DNA from: Escherichia phage A4
Length of the DNA stretch: 64,000 nt
Sequence record: ON286972
Strand: one strand, 5' to 3'
In this document: piece after piece, positions 46,203 to 56,240 of the stretch
Layout: each line of letters starts with the position of its first letter
Numbering within the stretch: the first letter of the stretch is position 1
Notes under the pieces: model-generated
What the model saw: only the letters and a program-made list of their open reading frames with translations
Databases searched by the model: none
What the model was told of the DNA's origin: nothing
Translations under genes and position numbers: made by a program

Positions 46203-48887
46203 ATGGCAAAGAAAATATATGGTGGCATTGATGTTACACATAATGTAACAGTCAAAGGTAAGAGAAGTGTTCAGAGCATCAATGATAACGTATTTGATGA
46301 AAATGGCAATCTCACAATAGATGCATATACACAAGATGATATGCTGGAAATGGTTGGTATGTTACCCATTTCTCGTTATGGTACACAAAACTATCTACCT
46401 GCTGGTGTCAATGGTACAACAGTTGGTTCTTCAGAAAATACTAAATCCAGAAATACAAAATTATTTTTGGAAGATGATAACACTTTAGTAATGCTACGTC
46501 CTGGTACAAATGGGAGTACACAAGGGGTTTATTATAGTTATATGACCCAGGCGGTTGGTACAACAAATACAAGTCGTATGGTTAATACTACTCGTGCATA
46601 TAAACCAAATTATTTTGGTGATTATTATGCATACCATTTATATTCATGTAGTGATGATATTACATGTGGTATGGCAAGTAATGGTTCAATTAATAAACTT
46701 TTTGTATCCGTTAATAATGGCACAATGAACGATGCAATGCATACCGGAATTTTAATTGATGACTATGCTTCAGTTAGGCCAATTGGTGAAGTACAATTTG
46801 TTATTCGTGCAGAAGATGGTGCATTATACTTTTTCAGTTTAGATACACCAAGCAATACTCTTAAAATATCAGTGGTTAAAGTTACTTTTAGTCCAAGTAA
46901 TAACCCAGGTGGTGGTACTTATAGTGTTACTAGAATTACTGGTTGGGCCACAAGAACTTTTTATAATGCAATGGTATATGATGACAATATTGTTCCAACT
47001 ATGAAAATAAATTCAACAAATACCAATGATAATCCATACGTTTTAATTCCAAGTGGTATTATTGGGTTTGGTATTTATATGACAGACCCAGATTTATATG
47101 TTGCACAGAAATCAGGTACAACTACATTTAAATTTAGATTATGTGGCGATATGTGGATGACTAACGGCAGATATGATATACGACCACAACACAGTTTTAG
47201 TATGACTTTTGATATTGCTACTAAGCAATGTGCATTGGATAATATGACAACTACTACACCAGTTGCTGTTTATGATAATGGTACAAGCATGAATGAATCT
47301 GGTCCATGTTTAACAACTGACCCGTTTTATCTTCACGCAGGTGGACGTAACATTTTCAGTAATTATTGCTATGTTCCATCAACTGGGGATGCGTTTTGCT
47401 CATTTTCACCAAACCTTGCAGAAGCATTGAATATATCATATGCAAAATACCCACCCAAATCATTATTTGATTTAATGGATGTTAGAAGTGTATCGGCAAC
47501 TGATTTTATTAATGGTGTCGTATCACCAAGATTTGGTTCAGCAGTTGGTTCATTCCAAGTGGGTGTGGAGTTATTACCAAATAACAGTACTAAGCAATAT
47601 TCAAGACGTTCAGGTGATGGTCGTTTTTATCCATCCTATGCTGTACATAAAGCTACCCCGAACTTTACATTTAAGTCTCTAGACTATGGTAATGTTCTTG
47701 GCTATGAACCAACACCAGACCGAGCGTTTATAACTACACCAGAATCTAGAATTTTTATAAGTTCAATTTCTGGTTCAACGGTAACGACTAATGGTGGTGT
47801 TTTGGTGGCTGATAATAGAACATCAACGCCAATTAGTTTTGATTATAAAGGTAATGTACTGAATAATGGTACAATCAGTATGTCACAAGATATAATGAAT
47901 TCCATTAGAAATTCCGAATTTGCTAAAGTTGCTAGTTCATGGAATATATCACCAGCATCAATAAAAACATTATCTGTATTTGTTCCACAACAAACTGATA
48001 TTCCTGTTTTTGGTGTTCTTGCAGCATCTACTACAGCCCGTGGTCTATATATTCGAGTTGTTGAATTGAATGTCAATACAAGAACTGGTGATATTACAAC
48101 ATGGTCGTTCAAACGTTTAGTACATGAAAGTGTTCAAGCTGGGGATTACAAAACAGATACCGCATATCATCTTGATAGTGGAAGTATTGGTATTACTATA
48201 TATGATGCGGGTTCTTTCTACTTCATTGGTGGTGGTATTCCTGGTTTCTTTAATACAGTTGGTAATACAAACTCTCCATTTTTCCGTGCTACAGTGGATA
48301 AAGCGACAGCCCAATTTAATAATTTCCATATAGCTGGTGCACGTCCGATCTATGCATTAGATGGTCAACCATTCGCTTTACCTAACATTGGGTTTGGTAT
48401 TCTTCAAAGTATAGATAATAATAACAAAACAATTTTTAGAACATATGGTACAACATTAGCGGATTATAATGCATGGACTGATAAAGGAAATCCATTTATA
48501 TGTCTTGTTTCCCAAGATGTTGCTCAAGGTTTTATTATATACTTCACCGAAGAGACACCAGTACTGATATCCGGTAAACACTATACATTACCAATATCAA
48601 ATATAGATTTAACAACTGTGAAAGCAAATCCTGCCAATACTACATTTTATGTGTATATTAAATTAGTACAGGGTATTGCAAACTATCATATATCAACAAC
48701 TGAATTAGCTGAAACTCATTCAATATTCTGGATTGGTACAGTGAAAACTGATAATTTACAAATAACCGAAATTAATATAGAAAAACGTTCTCGTTTAGAC
48801 CTGTTTGGTTCATCATTCAACGCTGCCGGAAGTTCCTTCCCAGTAAGTTCTGGGTTCCCTTCAAGTTCTGGTAATGTGAATTGGTAA
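46203..48887 (+). CDS. Large late (structural, fibre-like candidate) protein, paralog A
   Basis: 894 aa behind a late promoter; N- and C-terminal regions similar to 49499-52240. Confidence 0.6.
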   Translation: MAKKIYGGIDVTHNVTVKGKRSVQSINDNVFDENGNLTIDAYTQDDMLEMVGMLPISRYGTQNYLPAGVNGTTVGSSENTKSRNTKLFLEDDNTLVMLRPGTNGSTQGVYYSYMTQAVGTTNTSRMVNTTRAYKPNYFGDYYAYHLYSCSDDITCGMASNGSINKLFVSVNNGTMNDAMHTGILIDDYASVRPIGEVQFVIRAEDGALYFFSLDTPSNTLKISVVKVTFSPSNNPGGGTYSVTRITGWATRTFYNAMVYDDNIVPTMKINSTNTNDNPYVLIPSGIIGFGIYMTDPDLYVAQKSGTTTFKFRLCGDMWMTNGRYDIRPQHSFSMTFDIATKQCALDNMTTTTPVAVYDNGTSMNESGPCLTTDPFYLHAGGRNIFSNYCYVPSTGDAFCSFSPNLAEALNISYAKYPPKSLFDLMDVRSVSATDFINGVVSPRFGSAVGSFQVGVELLPNNSTKQYSRRSGDGRFYPSYAVHKATPNFTFKSLDYGNVLGYEPTPDRAFITTPESRIFISSISGSTVTTNGGVLVADNRTSTPISFDYKGNVLNNGTISMSQDIMNSIRNSEFAKVASSWNISPASIKTLSVFVPQQTDIPVFGVLAASTTARGLYIRVVELNVNTRTGDITTWSFKRLVHESVQAGDYKTDTAYHLDSGSIGITIYDAGSFYFIGGGIPGFFNTVGNTNSPFFRATVDKATAQFNNFHIAGARPIYALDGQPFALPNIGFGILQSIDNNNKTIFRTYGTTLADYNAWTDKGNPFICLVSQDVAQGFIIYFTEETPVLISGKHYTLPISNIDLTTVKANPANTTFYVYIKLVQGIANYHISTTELAETHSIFWIGTVKTDNLQITEINIEKRSRLDLFGSSFNAAGSSFPVSSGFPSSSGNVNW

Positions 48888-48897
48888 TGGAGATAAT

Positions 48898-49488
48898 ATG
48901 GCTTATAAATTTAGATCTGATGTGGAAGCGTATGCTTCCGTTAAATCACAAGGAAAAAATACTGGGACCACGATAACTGATCGTTCTGGTAATGTGTATC
49001 AAGCTGATGCTAATGGGAATGTTGATGTACCACTCATGAGTACAGATGATGTGAATTACATTACCAGTTCCTTTCCGTTATCACAATTTGGTTCACTTTA
49101 CAGTACTGAACCATTGGGTATTTCTGCTGCTGGTTTCAATTTAACTTTCAGTAAAGAATTACCATTGTTCATGGCGGGAGCGGTTTATACCCTCCCTGCT
49201 AAAACAATAACGGACCCAGGAGTTACTGGAACTAATATTGAAACACATTATGTATATGTTATATTAGATGTTGGGGTAGCTGACTACCTCATTTCTAAAA
49301 CTCAACGCCCTGAAAGTAGTGTTAATATGTACATAGGACAACTGACAGTTTTCCCAGATGGCATTACAGGGGTCAGTATAAATAAAGTGTCAAGATTTGA
49401 CGACTTCAGAGTAAGTGCTACAAAAATTGGTTCAGCTATCCCTATCAGTTCTGGTACACCAGATGTGAATAGTGGGACAGAATGGTAA
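48898..49488 (+). CDS. Short protein carrying the C-terminal module of the large late paralogs
   Basis: 196 aa; C-terminus aligns with the last ~100 aa of both flanking large proteins and ends in W. Confidence 0.55.
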   Translation: MAYKFRSDVEAYASVKSQGKNTGTTITDRSGNVYQADANGNVDVPLMSTDDVNYITSSFPLSQFGSLYSTEPLGISAAGFNLTFSKELPLFMAGAVYTLPAKTITDPGVTGTNIETHYVYVILDVGVADYLISKTQRPESSVNMYIGQLTVFPDGITGVSINKVSRFDDFRVSATKIGSAIPISSGTPDVNSGTEW

Positions 49489-49498
49489 AGGAATATAT

Positions 49499-52240
49499 AT
49501 GGCTTCGAGACGAATTATAGGAAACGCAGAAATACTAGGGAATTTGAAAATTAATGGAAAGTATGCATTACGTTCCTTTAATGGATTCCCTGCTGATTCT
49601 GCTGGTAATATCACTTACCAATATTATGACAAAGCGGAAGTGGATCAAATGTTTGATATGCTTCCTGTTTCAAGGGTAGGTGATCAAGATTACCTACCGA
49701 TGAGTATTAACGGTACATTTGAAGGTGCTTCTTCCTTTTCATTTGCAAAAATAATGCAACCTTGTATCATTGAAAATGATGGTACTGGTGTAATTTTACG
49801 TGCAGGTACAAATGGAAGTTCTTATGGTTTCTATTATGCTTATATAAAAAATATAAGAGATATAGAAACATTAACTCAAGATAATATAATTACAACCAAC
49901 ACGATGTATAGACCTTCTGTGCTACCAAGTACTGATTACATTTATGAATTTTATGGGTCAAATGCATATGAATTACTATTTTGGGAATCAACTGATAGAG
50001 CATCATACTACCTTACATTAACAAATGAAACATTAAATGAATCAGCACACAAACATTGCAGAATTCCAAAAACAGCAATAACAAATAAACCAATCTATGC
50101 ACACATCGTAAATGATTCAGTTTATATATGGTGTATGGATTCAAGTGTATTGAGTAGTGTTCGCGGGTGTGCATTTATCATATACACAGTACCTTTAACT
50201 GCATTTAATACTGGTTCAGTTTCGACAGTAACACAGATTAGTGGTTATTCAGGAAGAACTATAAGAAATGTAACATACACTGCATCTAATAATATTCGTG
50301 TTTATGATAGTTATTCAGCGTTGGGTTCAGGTGGTGATGCACTAATAGCATATGATAATGGTGTTTCCAGAATAGATTATTGGGAAAATAACGCATTTAA
50401 TACCCAAGCAGTTCTTAGTCCAGATGGTACAAAAATAAGAGTAGCGATATATCCAGGGTTTCGTGTCTTAACCGCAACAAAAACATCTGGTGTATATGCA
50501 CTTGGTATCAGCTTTACATATGATATCAGTACTAAAACAATGACACTTGACGGTTCTGAACGTGGTCCAATCAGAGTATCAGCTAATGCATCAACTGGTA
50601 GTATAACAGTGAGTAACCCGTTTTCAATCAATATGGAAAACTTTACAGGGTTTTATGATGGTGCACTTGGTAACTATGGTTCAATCTGTCAAACTTCTGA
50701 TGGTTTTGTTTTCACTACCAAAGCAAGATGGTCATCCATGCCGACCTATGCAGTACAAACATACAAAGTTTCTGGTACACCTTATGATAGTTGGGTTGCT
50801 AAAACACGTACTGGTAGTAATTTAAAACGCGTAGAAGTAATGCCCGTTTATGGTTCACCTGTAGGTGAAAACTTAATAGGTGTTCGTTTCGTTGATAAAC
50901 GTAAGATACTTGTTGCATGTTCTGGTACTGCTGATGGAATTTCTTATGGTTATGATAGTACAGTTTTTACTGAAATAGGTGAGAATCCAACTTATAGTTA
51001 TAAAAACTTGGAACAAAATACCACAATGAATGGTTTTGCACCATCAGGTAATAGACACTATTTAAGTACTGATTACAAATATGCAGGTATGGTAACATTG
51101 GTTGATGCCAATGGAAATGTCAGCACTTATGGATCTTCTTTAATAGAAGGTATCGATAAACCAGCTTATGGAAAATTCGACCCTGTTACAATGGACTTTA
51201 ACAGTGATAGATATGAAATTTCAGGAACTACATTATCAGGTATAGGTTATAATGCCGTTGCTAAAGCTGGATTGACTGGAATAACTGAACATAAAACTGT
51301 TTTTTATTATGTACCTGATACTACATATTCTAAATCTATTGCAGTCACTTCTGCACTAAACGGTACTACCAACGTGTGTTATATTATTTTTTCCGAAATA
51401 TCATGTAGTGCACTGGGTACAAGTGGTACTATAATTTTACGTGGTATTAGTGTTGATACAGCAAGATATACATCAATCACGAATACATTCCAAATTTCAC
51501 CAAATGAAATGATCAAACGTTGGGCTGGTATGACTGTTGCTAAGTTTAGTGGTTTTAACTACTTAGGTGTGAACATTTTATATGGCATTGATACCCCAGG
51601 TTGGACTCGTTATCCTAACATGATTGCTAAAGTGAAAAATGGTATTATTTCAAGTCAACGATATATGGAAACAACTTATATTTCAAACGCACAATTTGAT
51701 ATAGGTACAATTCCAGGGATTGGGTTTGGATATTACCAAATGAACAAAAACGATTATCAAACTAAATCAGTTTTTGCTGTATGTGGTACTACTGAAGCAG
51801 ATATGGATAAACTAATATCTGGTAATGAAACGATATCACAGTACTTAGTTGTTGCTTCACAGGATGTGGCACAAGGGTTCAACGTGTACTTTTCACAAGA
51901 AGTACCAGTTTTCTTGGGTGGAAAGTTTGCAAAGATACCACCGACTATGATAGACTTATCTACCATAAGTACTACACCAGATAATTCAACATTCTACATA
52001 TATGCGGTTATGGATAGAGGTACATCTACAGCTTCGTATCAGATATCACTATATCAATTATCAGAAACTATGACATCAACCTACATTGGTAAGATAGTAA
52101 CTGATGCTAATGGTATTGCATCAATCGAGTCTGAAAAAGTGTCCAGATTCTTGCTATACCGCCCAAGTACCTACAATCGTGGTTCTGCTATCCCAGCTAG
52201 TTCTGGGTTACCATCACAATCTGGTACTCGTTGGAGTTAA
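49499..52240 (+). CDS. Large late (structural, fibre-like candidate) protein, paralog B
   Basis: Track ORF 49472-52240 trimmed to ATG 49499; shares MLP.SR.G.Q.YLP, LRAGTNGS and DVAQGF..YF motifs with paralog A. Confidence 0.6.
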   Translation: MASRRIIGNAEILGNLKINGKYALRSFNGFPADSAGNITYQYYDKAEVDQMFDMLPVSRVGDQDYLPMSINGTFEGASSFSFAKIMQPCIIENDGTGVILRAGTNGSSYGFYYAYIKNIRDIETLTQDNIITTNTMYRPSVLPSTDYIYEFYGSNAYELLFWESTDRASYYLTLTNETLNESAHKHCRIPKTAITNKPIYAHIVNDSVYIWCMDSSVLSSVRGCAFIIYTVPLTAFNTGSVSTVTQISGYSGRTIRNVTYTASNNIRVYDSYSALGSGGDALIAYDNGVSRIDYWENNAFNTQAVLSPDGTKIRVAIYPGFRVLTATKTSGVYALGISFTYDISTKTMTLDGSERGPIRVSANASTGSITVSNPFSINMENFTGFYDGALGNYGSICQTSDGFVFTTKARWSSMPTYAVQTYKVSGTPYDSWVAKTRTGSNLKRVEVMPVYGSPVGENLIGVRFVDKRKILVACSGTADGISYGYDSTVFTEIGENPTYSYKNLEQNTTMNGFAPSGNRHYLSTDYKYAGMVTLVDANGNVSTYGSSLIEGIDKPAYGKFDPVTMDFNSDRYEISGTTLSGIGYNAVAKAGLTGITEHKTVFYYVPDTTYSKSIAVTSALNGTTNVCYIIFSEISCSALGTSGTIILRGISVDTARYTSITNTFQISPNEMIKRWAGMTVAKFSGFNYLGVNILYGIDTPGWTRYPNMIAKVKNGIISSQRYMETTYISNAQFDIGTIPGIGFGYYQMNKNDYQTKSVFAVCGTTEADMDKLISGNETISQYLVVASQDVAQGFNVYFSQEVPVFLGGKFAKIPPTMIDLSTISTTPDNSTFYIYAVMDRGTSTASYQISLYQLSETMTSTYIGKIVTDANGIASIESEKVSRFLLYRPSTYNRGSAIPASSGLPSQSGTRWS

Positions 52241-52247
52241 AAAATTA

Positions 52248-52276
52248 AGCCTGTCTATTGACAGGCTTTTCTTTTA
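52248..52276 (+). terminator. Rho-independent terminator
   Basis: Hairpin agcctgtc-tatt-gacaggct followed by TTTCTTTTAT. Confidence 0.6.
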
Positions 52277-52286
52277 TCCGTATAAT
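52258..52286 (+). promoter_or_regulatory. Consensus sigma70 promoter overlapping the terminator hairpin
   Basis: TTGACA (inside the hairpin), 17 nt spacer, TATAAT, about 20 nt upstream of 52309. Confidence 0.6.
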
Positions 52287-52308
52287 GCTAAAAAACTAGG
52301 AGGAAACT

Positions 52309-52869
52309 ATGGTACAATCACGTTTTAGACCACCGCTGTCACCAGCACAGTTACAACGTTTAAAAGAAAAAGAGCAGCACTTTCAGAATACCCTAGTAGT
52401 TCGTTTGCTATGCAAAAGTGTAACTCTTAAAGATTTTGTGAAAACCGATAATGATCGTAAATCACTTATCGAACTTAAGTACAAGTTAAGTAAGCATAAA
52501 CTATATGGATTACTGGCAGAATACACCCAAAATCCATTCAGTGATCGTTGGTCTATGGTTCAAAAAAAACTGTGGGGTGGTGATGAAGAATTCATACTAC
52601 GCGATTTAAAAAATGCAATCATGTTTAAGGTTGAGTATACACCAGCAGGGATTGAACACAGAACCGAAGAAACTATCATTCAATCAAGAGATTTGTCATG
52701 TGTTGTTTCTTCAAACTTCGGTGTTCATTATGATATGCTTGATGATGATGAGTTAATGATTCTGTTCCATGTCATTATTGGTGCTGAAGATATTAAAGAA
52801 AAGTTATCACAAATTGAAGAAGAACAGCGTAAATTCAAAATCCAAAAGAGAATAACTGATTTATATTAA
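52309..52869 (+). CDS. Early paralog triplet, member 1
   Basis: ~170-186 aa; shares TD.DR...I..K..LS.H N-terminal motif with the next two genes. Confidence 0.55.
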   Translation: MVQSRFRPPLSPAQLQRLKEKEQHFQNTLVVRLLCKSVTLKDFVKTDNDRKSLIELKYKLSKHKLYGLLAEYTQNPFSDRWSMVQKKLWGGDEEFILRDLKNAIMFKVEYTPAGIEHRTEETIIQSRDLSCVVSSNFGVHYDMLDDDELMILFHVIIGAEDIKEKLSQIEEEQRKFKIQKRITDLY

Positions 52870-52878
52870 GAGGTTACT

Positions 52879-53379
52879 ATGTTTTTCAAAAAGAAAAATA
52901 ATGATCACAAAAGAGAAAATGTAGAGTGGTGTACATTAATTCTTCCAGTACTGATGAAAAGCTATTCTTTAAAAGAAATTATCCGTACTGATGAAGATCG
53001 TAGAACTATACTTAAAATTAAAGAAATGTTAAGTTCTCATTCTCTAATGAAACTAATCACAGACCTAGTTAAAGAACCATACGGTGAACGTTGGTTATAT
53101 GAACCAGTATTCATATATGGTAATCATATCAACCGTGTAAAATTGTTTGATACCGAAACTAAGGTTGATTTTAATGCAGTAACATATTCATCTAAAGATT
53201 ATGATGAAAAACATACATTTGTTTATATTAACGGAGATGCGAATATTCTACCTAAACATGAACAAATGTTTTTGTTTCATTTACTCGTTGCACTTCGTGA
53301 GCTTGAAACAAAGTACAAGAAGTTAGAATACGAGCAGCATAAACTTAATGAATTTAATAAATTAAAAGGATTATACTAA
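52879..53379 (+). CDS. Early paralog triplet, member 2
   Basis: LKEIIRTDEDRRTILKIKEMLSSH. Confidence 0.55.
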   Translation: MFFKKKNNDHKRENVEWCTLILPVLMKSYSLKEIIRTDEDRRTILKIKEMLSSHSLMKLITDLVKEPYGERWLYEPVFIYGNHINRVKLFDTETKVDFNAVTYSSKDYDEKHTFVYINGDANILPKHEQMFLFHLLVALRELETKYKKLEYEQHKLNEFNKLKGLY

Positions 53380-53882
53380 TGTTCTTCGGTAAACATAAAG
53401 TAAAAGATGATGGTATTCTTCAGTACTTAGTTGCGTTGATTTTAAACAAAAGTACTTTATTAGTACCTAATATTAAATCAGACAAAGATCGCAGAGAAAT
53501 TATTCAAAACAAATATCTTCTTTCAAAATGTGATCCTGTTATCTATGCATTTTGTAAGTACTGTTCAAAAAACTTGTTCAGTATTCATGTAGATTTTGAA
53601 AGACACGAGAGTAGAACAGATTCTAGGATCAACGTGTATATAATTAATGATTTAAATCGAGGGAATCGAGGGTTCATGTTCTGGATGGACGGACGTGATA
53701 TACGTGTGCGTATTAAAATGTCGGTTGGGTGGAAGGATTTTTCAACTTCTGTATCTGATTATCTTGTACTTCACGCACTATATAACAGTATTACTAACGT
53801 GAAAGATATCGACAAGAAAATTCAGGAACAAAAAGAACTGGATGATGCAAAGAACGAATACTTACAATATTACAGGAGTTAA
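53379..53882 (+). CDS. Early paralog triplet, member 3
   Basis: IKSDKDRREIIQNKYLLSK; ATGA-type overlap. Confidence 0.55.
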   Translation: MFFGKHKVKDDGILQYLVALILNKSTLLVPNIKSDKDRREIIQNKYLLSKCDPVIYAFCKYCSKNLFSIHVDFERHESRTDSRINVYIINDLNRGNRGFMFWMDGRDIRVRIKMSVGWKDFSTSVSDYLVLHALYNSITNVKDIDKKIQEQKELDDAKNEYLQYYRS

Positions 53883-53885
53883 TAT

Positions 53886-54287
53886 ATGGATCTTGATGAT
53901 GTGTATAGCACCATAAGACAGATGGATTCGTATAAAAAAGTATATAGTGGTTACAAGAGTGATAAACAATTTTATGGAATCGGGGAGTATGATGTAATAT
54001 CATTCGAATACGATGATACTGGTGAAAGTTCCATTAATATTGTTTGCCCTCGTGACCGTGAAAATAACTTCATGTACGTTGAAATCAATAATGATGGTTT
54101 ACACTTTACTAAAATATTAAATGGTGGCAAACAATCTATTTCTCTGGATTTATCCGAAGAAGAAAAGTTCTTTCAAGAAGATACTATAATCAATCTTGGT
54201 TTTAGTTTATCAGAATACAAAGTTCTTCATAAAGATTTCATGAAGTACTATAATGGGTTTCTTAAGGAGCTAACATTACATCTATGA
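53886..54287 (+). CDS. Hypothetical protein (133 aa)
   Basis: Track ORF. Confidence 0.5.
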   Translation: MDLDDVYSTIRQMDSYKKVYSGYKSDKQFYGIGEYDVISFEYDDTGESSINIVCPRDRENNFMYVEINNDGLHFTKILNGGKQSISLDLSEEEKFFQEDTIINLGFSLSEYKVLHKDFMKYYNGFLKELTLHL

Positions 54288-55525
54288 ATAATAACAAATT
54301 TCTTGAACAAACAATTGTGAAGCACTTAGCAGGTTCACAAGCGTATGGAACCAGTACACCTGAAAGTGATACGGATTATCGTGGTATTTTTCTTGCTAAC
54401 AAAGAATTCATCCTTACGCCTTTTTATAATGTAAAGGAAGTTTCTGATTCAAGAGAAGAAGATACTAAATTCTATGAACTAAACCAGTACTTAAGACTAT
54501 ACACAGAGGCTAACCCAAATATCCTTGAATCACTATGGGTCGATCCTGAACACATCGTAGAAAGTACTGAGATCTATGATTATCTACGCACTTTCAATCA
54601 ACAATTGCTTAGCTCAAAGATTGCACACTCTTATACTGGTTATGCCTATAATCAGGTTAAGCGTATGTCTAATCACCACGGGTGGATGGATAAAGAGCGT
54701 ATTGCTGAAAAACGTCTAAATGAAATCTTAGAAGATTTTCCAGTAGATGAAACTTTAGCATGGATGTATGAAAACTTCCCACACTATTTGGTAGAACGTT
54801 TAGATACTTCTAAACTACATCCATTTAATGCTAAGAAAATAGATTTTGAAAAATACATGCGTGATACTTCATTGCAGTTAGTTTCAACTAATCCGTTGAA
54901 ACAGTATCATTTTGTACGTTTAGTACATAATTACAGTACTGATAAAGTACTAGACCGTGATTTCAACTTATTGGATTATAACAATGGGTACGAATTAATT
55001 CATTACGGTGAAAATATCTTTGGTGTTATTATCAATCCTAATGAAAGTACAGTTAACGCGGATGGTTCTTTACGTTATTTCAACAAAGAACGCAGTACTG
55101 AAGAATTGAAAGTACGACCTGAACTCATTGTTAAATTCAATGAAAAAGAATACAGTGAGAACAGTGAGAACCGTAAAAGTTATCACAAATGGAAAGAGAA
55201 TCGTAATGCTAAACGTGCAATTCTTGAATCCAAACACGGCTACGATTGCAAACATGCTATGCATACGATCAGACTTTTGAATACAGCCGAAGAAGCATTA
55301 CAAAGCGGTATTATTCTGGTGAAACGTCCTGATGCTGATATGCTAATGGATATTCGCAACGGTAAGTGGAAATATGAAGAAGTCATGGAGTACTTTAACG
55401 ATAAGGTAAAATATATTCGTGAAGTACTTTATCCTAAGTCAGTACTCCCGAAGAAACCAGATATTGCATTAGCTGCGAAAGTACTGTTAGATATTCGCGA
55501 AATGCAGTGGTACGGTAAGAAATAG
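54284..55525 (+). CDS. Pol-beta-superfamily nucleotidyltransferase-domain protein
   Basis: N-terminal LAGSQAYGTSTPESDTDYRGIF (GS...D.D nucleotidyltransferase signature). Confidence 0.5.
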   Translation: MNNNKFLEQTIVKHLAGSQAYGTSTPESDTDYRGIFLANKEFILTPFYNVKEVSDSREEDTKFYELNQYLRLYTEANPNILESLWVDPEHIVESTEIYDYLRTFNQQLLSSKIAHSYTGYAYNQVKRMSNHHGWMDKERIAEKRLNEILEDFPVDETLAWMYENFPHYLVERLDTSKLHPFNAKKIDFEKYMRDTSLQLVSTNPLKQYHFVRLVHNYSTDKVLDRDFNLLDYNNGYELIHYGENIFGVIINPNESTVNADGSLRYFNKERSTEELKVRPELIVKFNEKEYSENSENRKSYHKWKENRNAKRAILESKHGYDCKHAMHTIRLLNTAEEALQSGIILVKRPDADMLMDIRNGKWKYEEVMEYFNDKVKYIREVLYPKSVLPKKPDIALAAKVLLDIREMQWYGKK

Positions 55526-55609
55526 TATTATTGAATATTGGTCTAAATGGGTCTAAAAAATCCACTTAGACCAATAAATACCCAATAATAACTAATTTAA
55601 GGATGGATT

Positions 55610-56239
55610 ATGGCTATTTCCTTTTACACCACAATGGAAGTTACTGGTGTTGTTAAATTCTCGAAAGCTGAATTTAAAAAACCAATATTAACATTTGATA
55701 CATCGTCTTTTAATATTATCAGAACACACGAAATTTCTGGTGCAGATAATCATTTAAGTAATTCAGTGATTACAACACTAGGAACAGATAGCAACCAATC
55801 GTTACAGATTGCTGCGTGGGCTGGGATGACAGAGACTAATAACGGTGTTAAAATACAAGCACGCACAACAAATGACACAAACAGTACTGAATGGGTTACA
55901 TTATATGATAGCTCCAACAGTACTGTGACAGTATTACCACAAGCTGATAGTTACGATATAGATACCAGTACTGGTAATAAAGTTTTTAATTTAACTCTAA
56001 ACAAACCAAACACTACAATTAATATCCTTCCTAATGCTAAAACTCAAGTATATGATTGCACTGTTATCATAGAACAAGGCACAGGTTCAAATCTTGTAAG
56101 CTGGAGTTCTAATGTGAAATGGTCATTCAATCGTCAAGTTCTTCTTTCATATGAACAATCCCAAAAAGATATAATTTCCCTAGAAACCTATGATGGTGGT
56201 ATTACATGGTACGGTGCTCTTATTCGAGCAGGGGTATAA
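55610..56239 (+). CDS. Hypothetical protein (209 aa), Ser/Thr/Asn-rich
   Basis: AAGGATGG RBS. Confidence 0.5.
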   Translation: MAISFYTTMEVTGVVKFSKAEFKKPILTFDTSSFNIIRTHEISGADNHLSNSVITTLGTDSNQSLQIAAWAGMTETNNGVKIQARTTNDTNSTEWVTLYDSSNSTVTVLPQADSYDIDTSTGNKVFNLTLNKPNTTINILPNAKTQVYDCTVIIEQGTGSNLVSWSSNVKWSFNRQVLLSYEQSQKDIISLETYDGGITWYGALIRAGV

Positions 56240-56240
56240 A

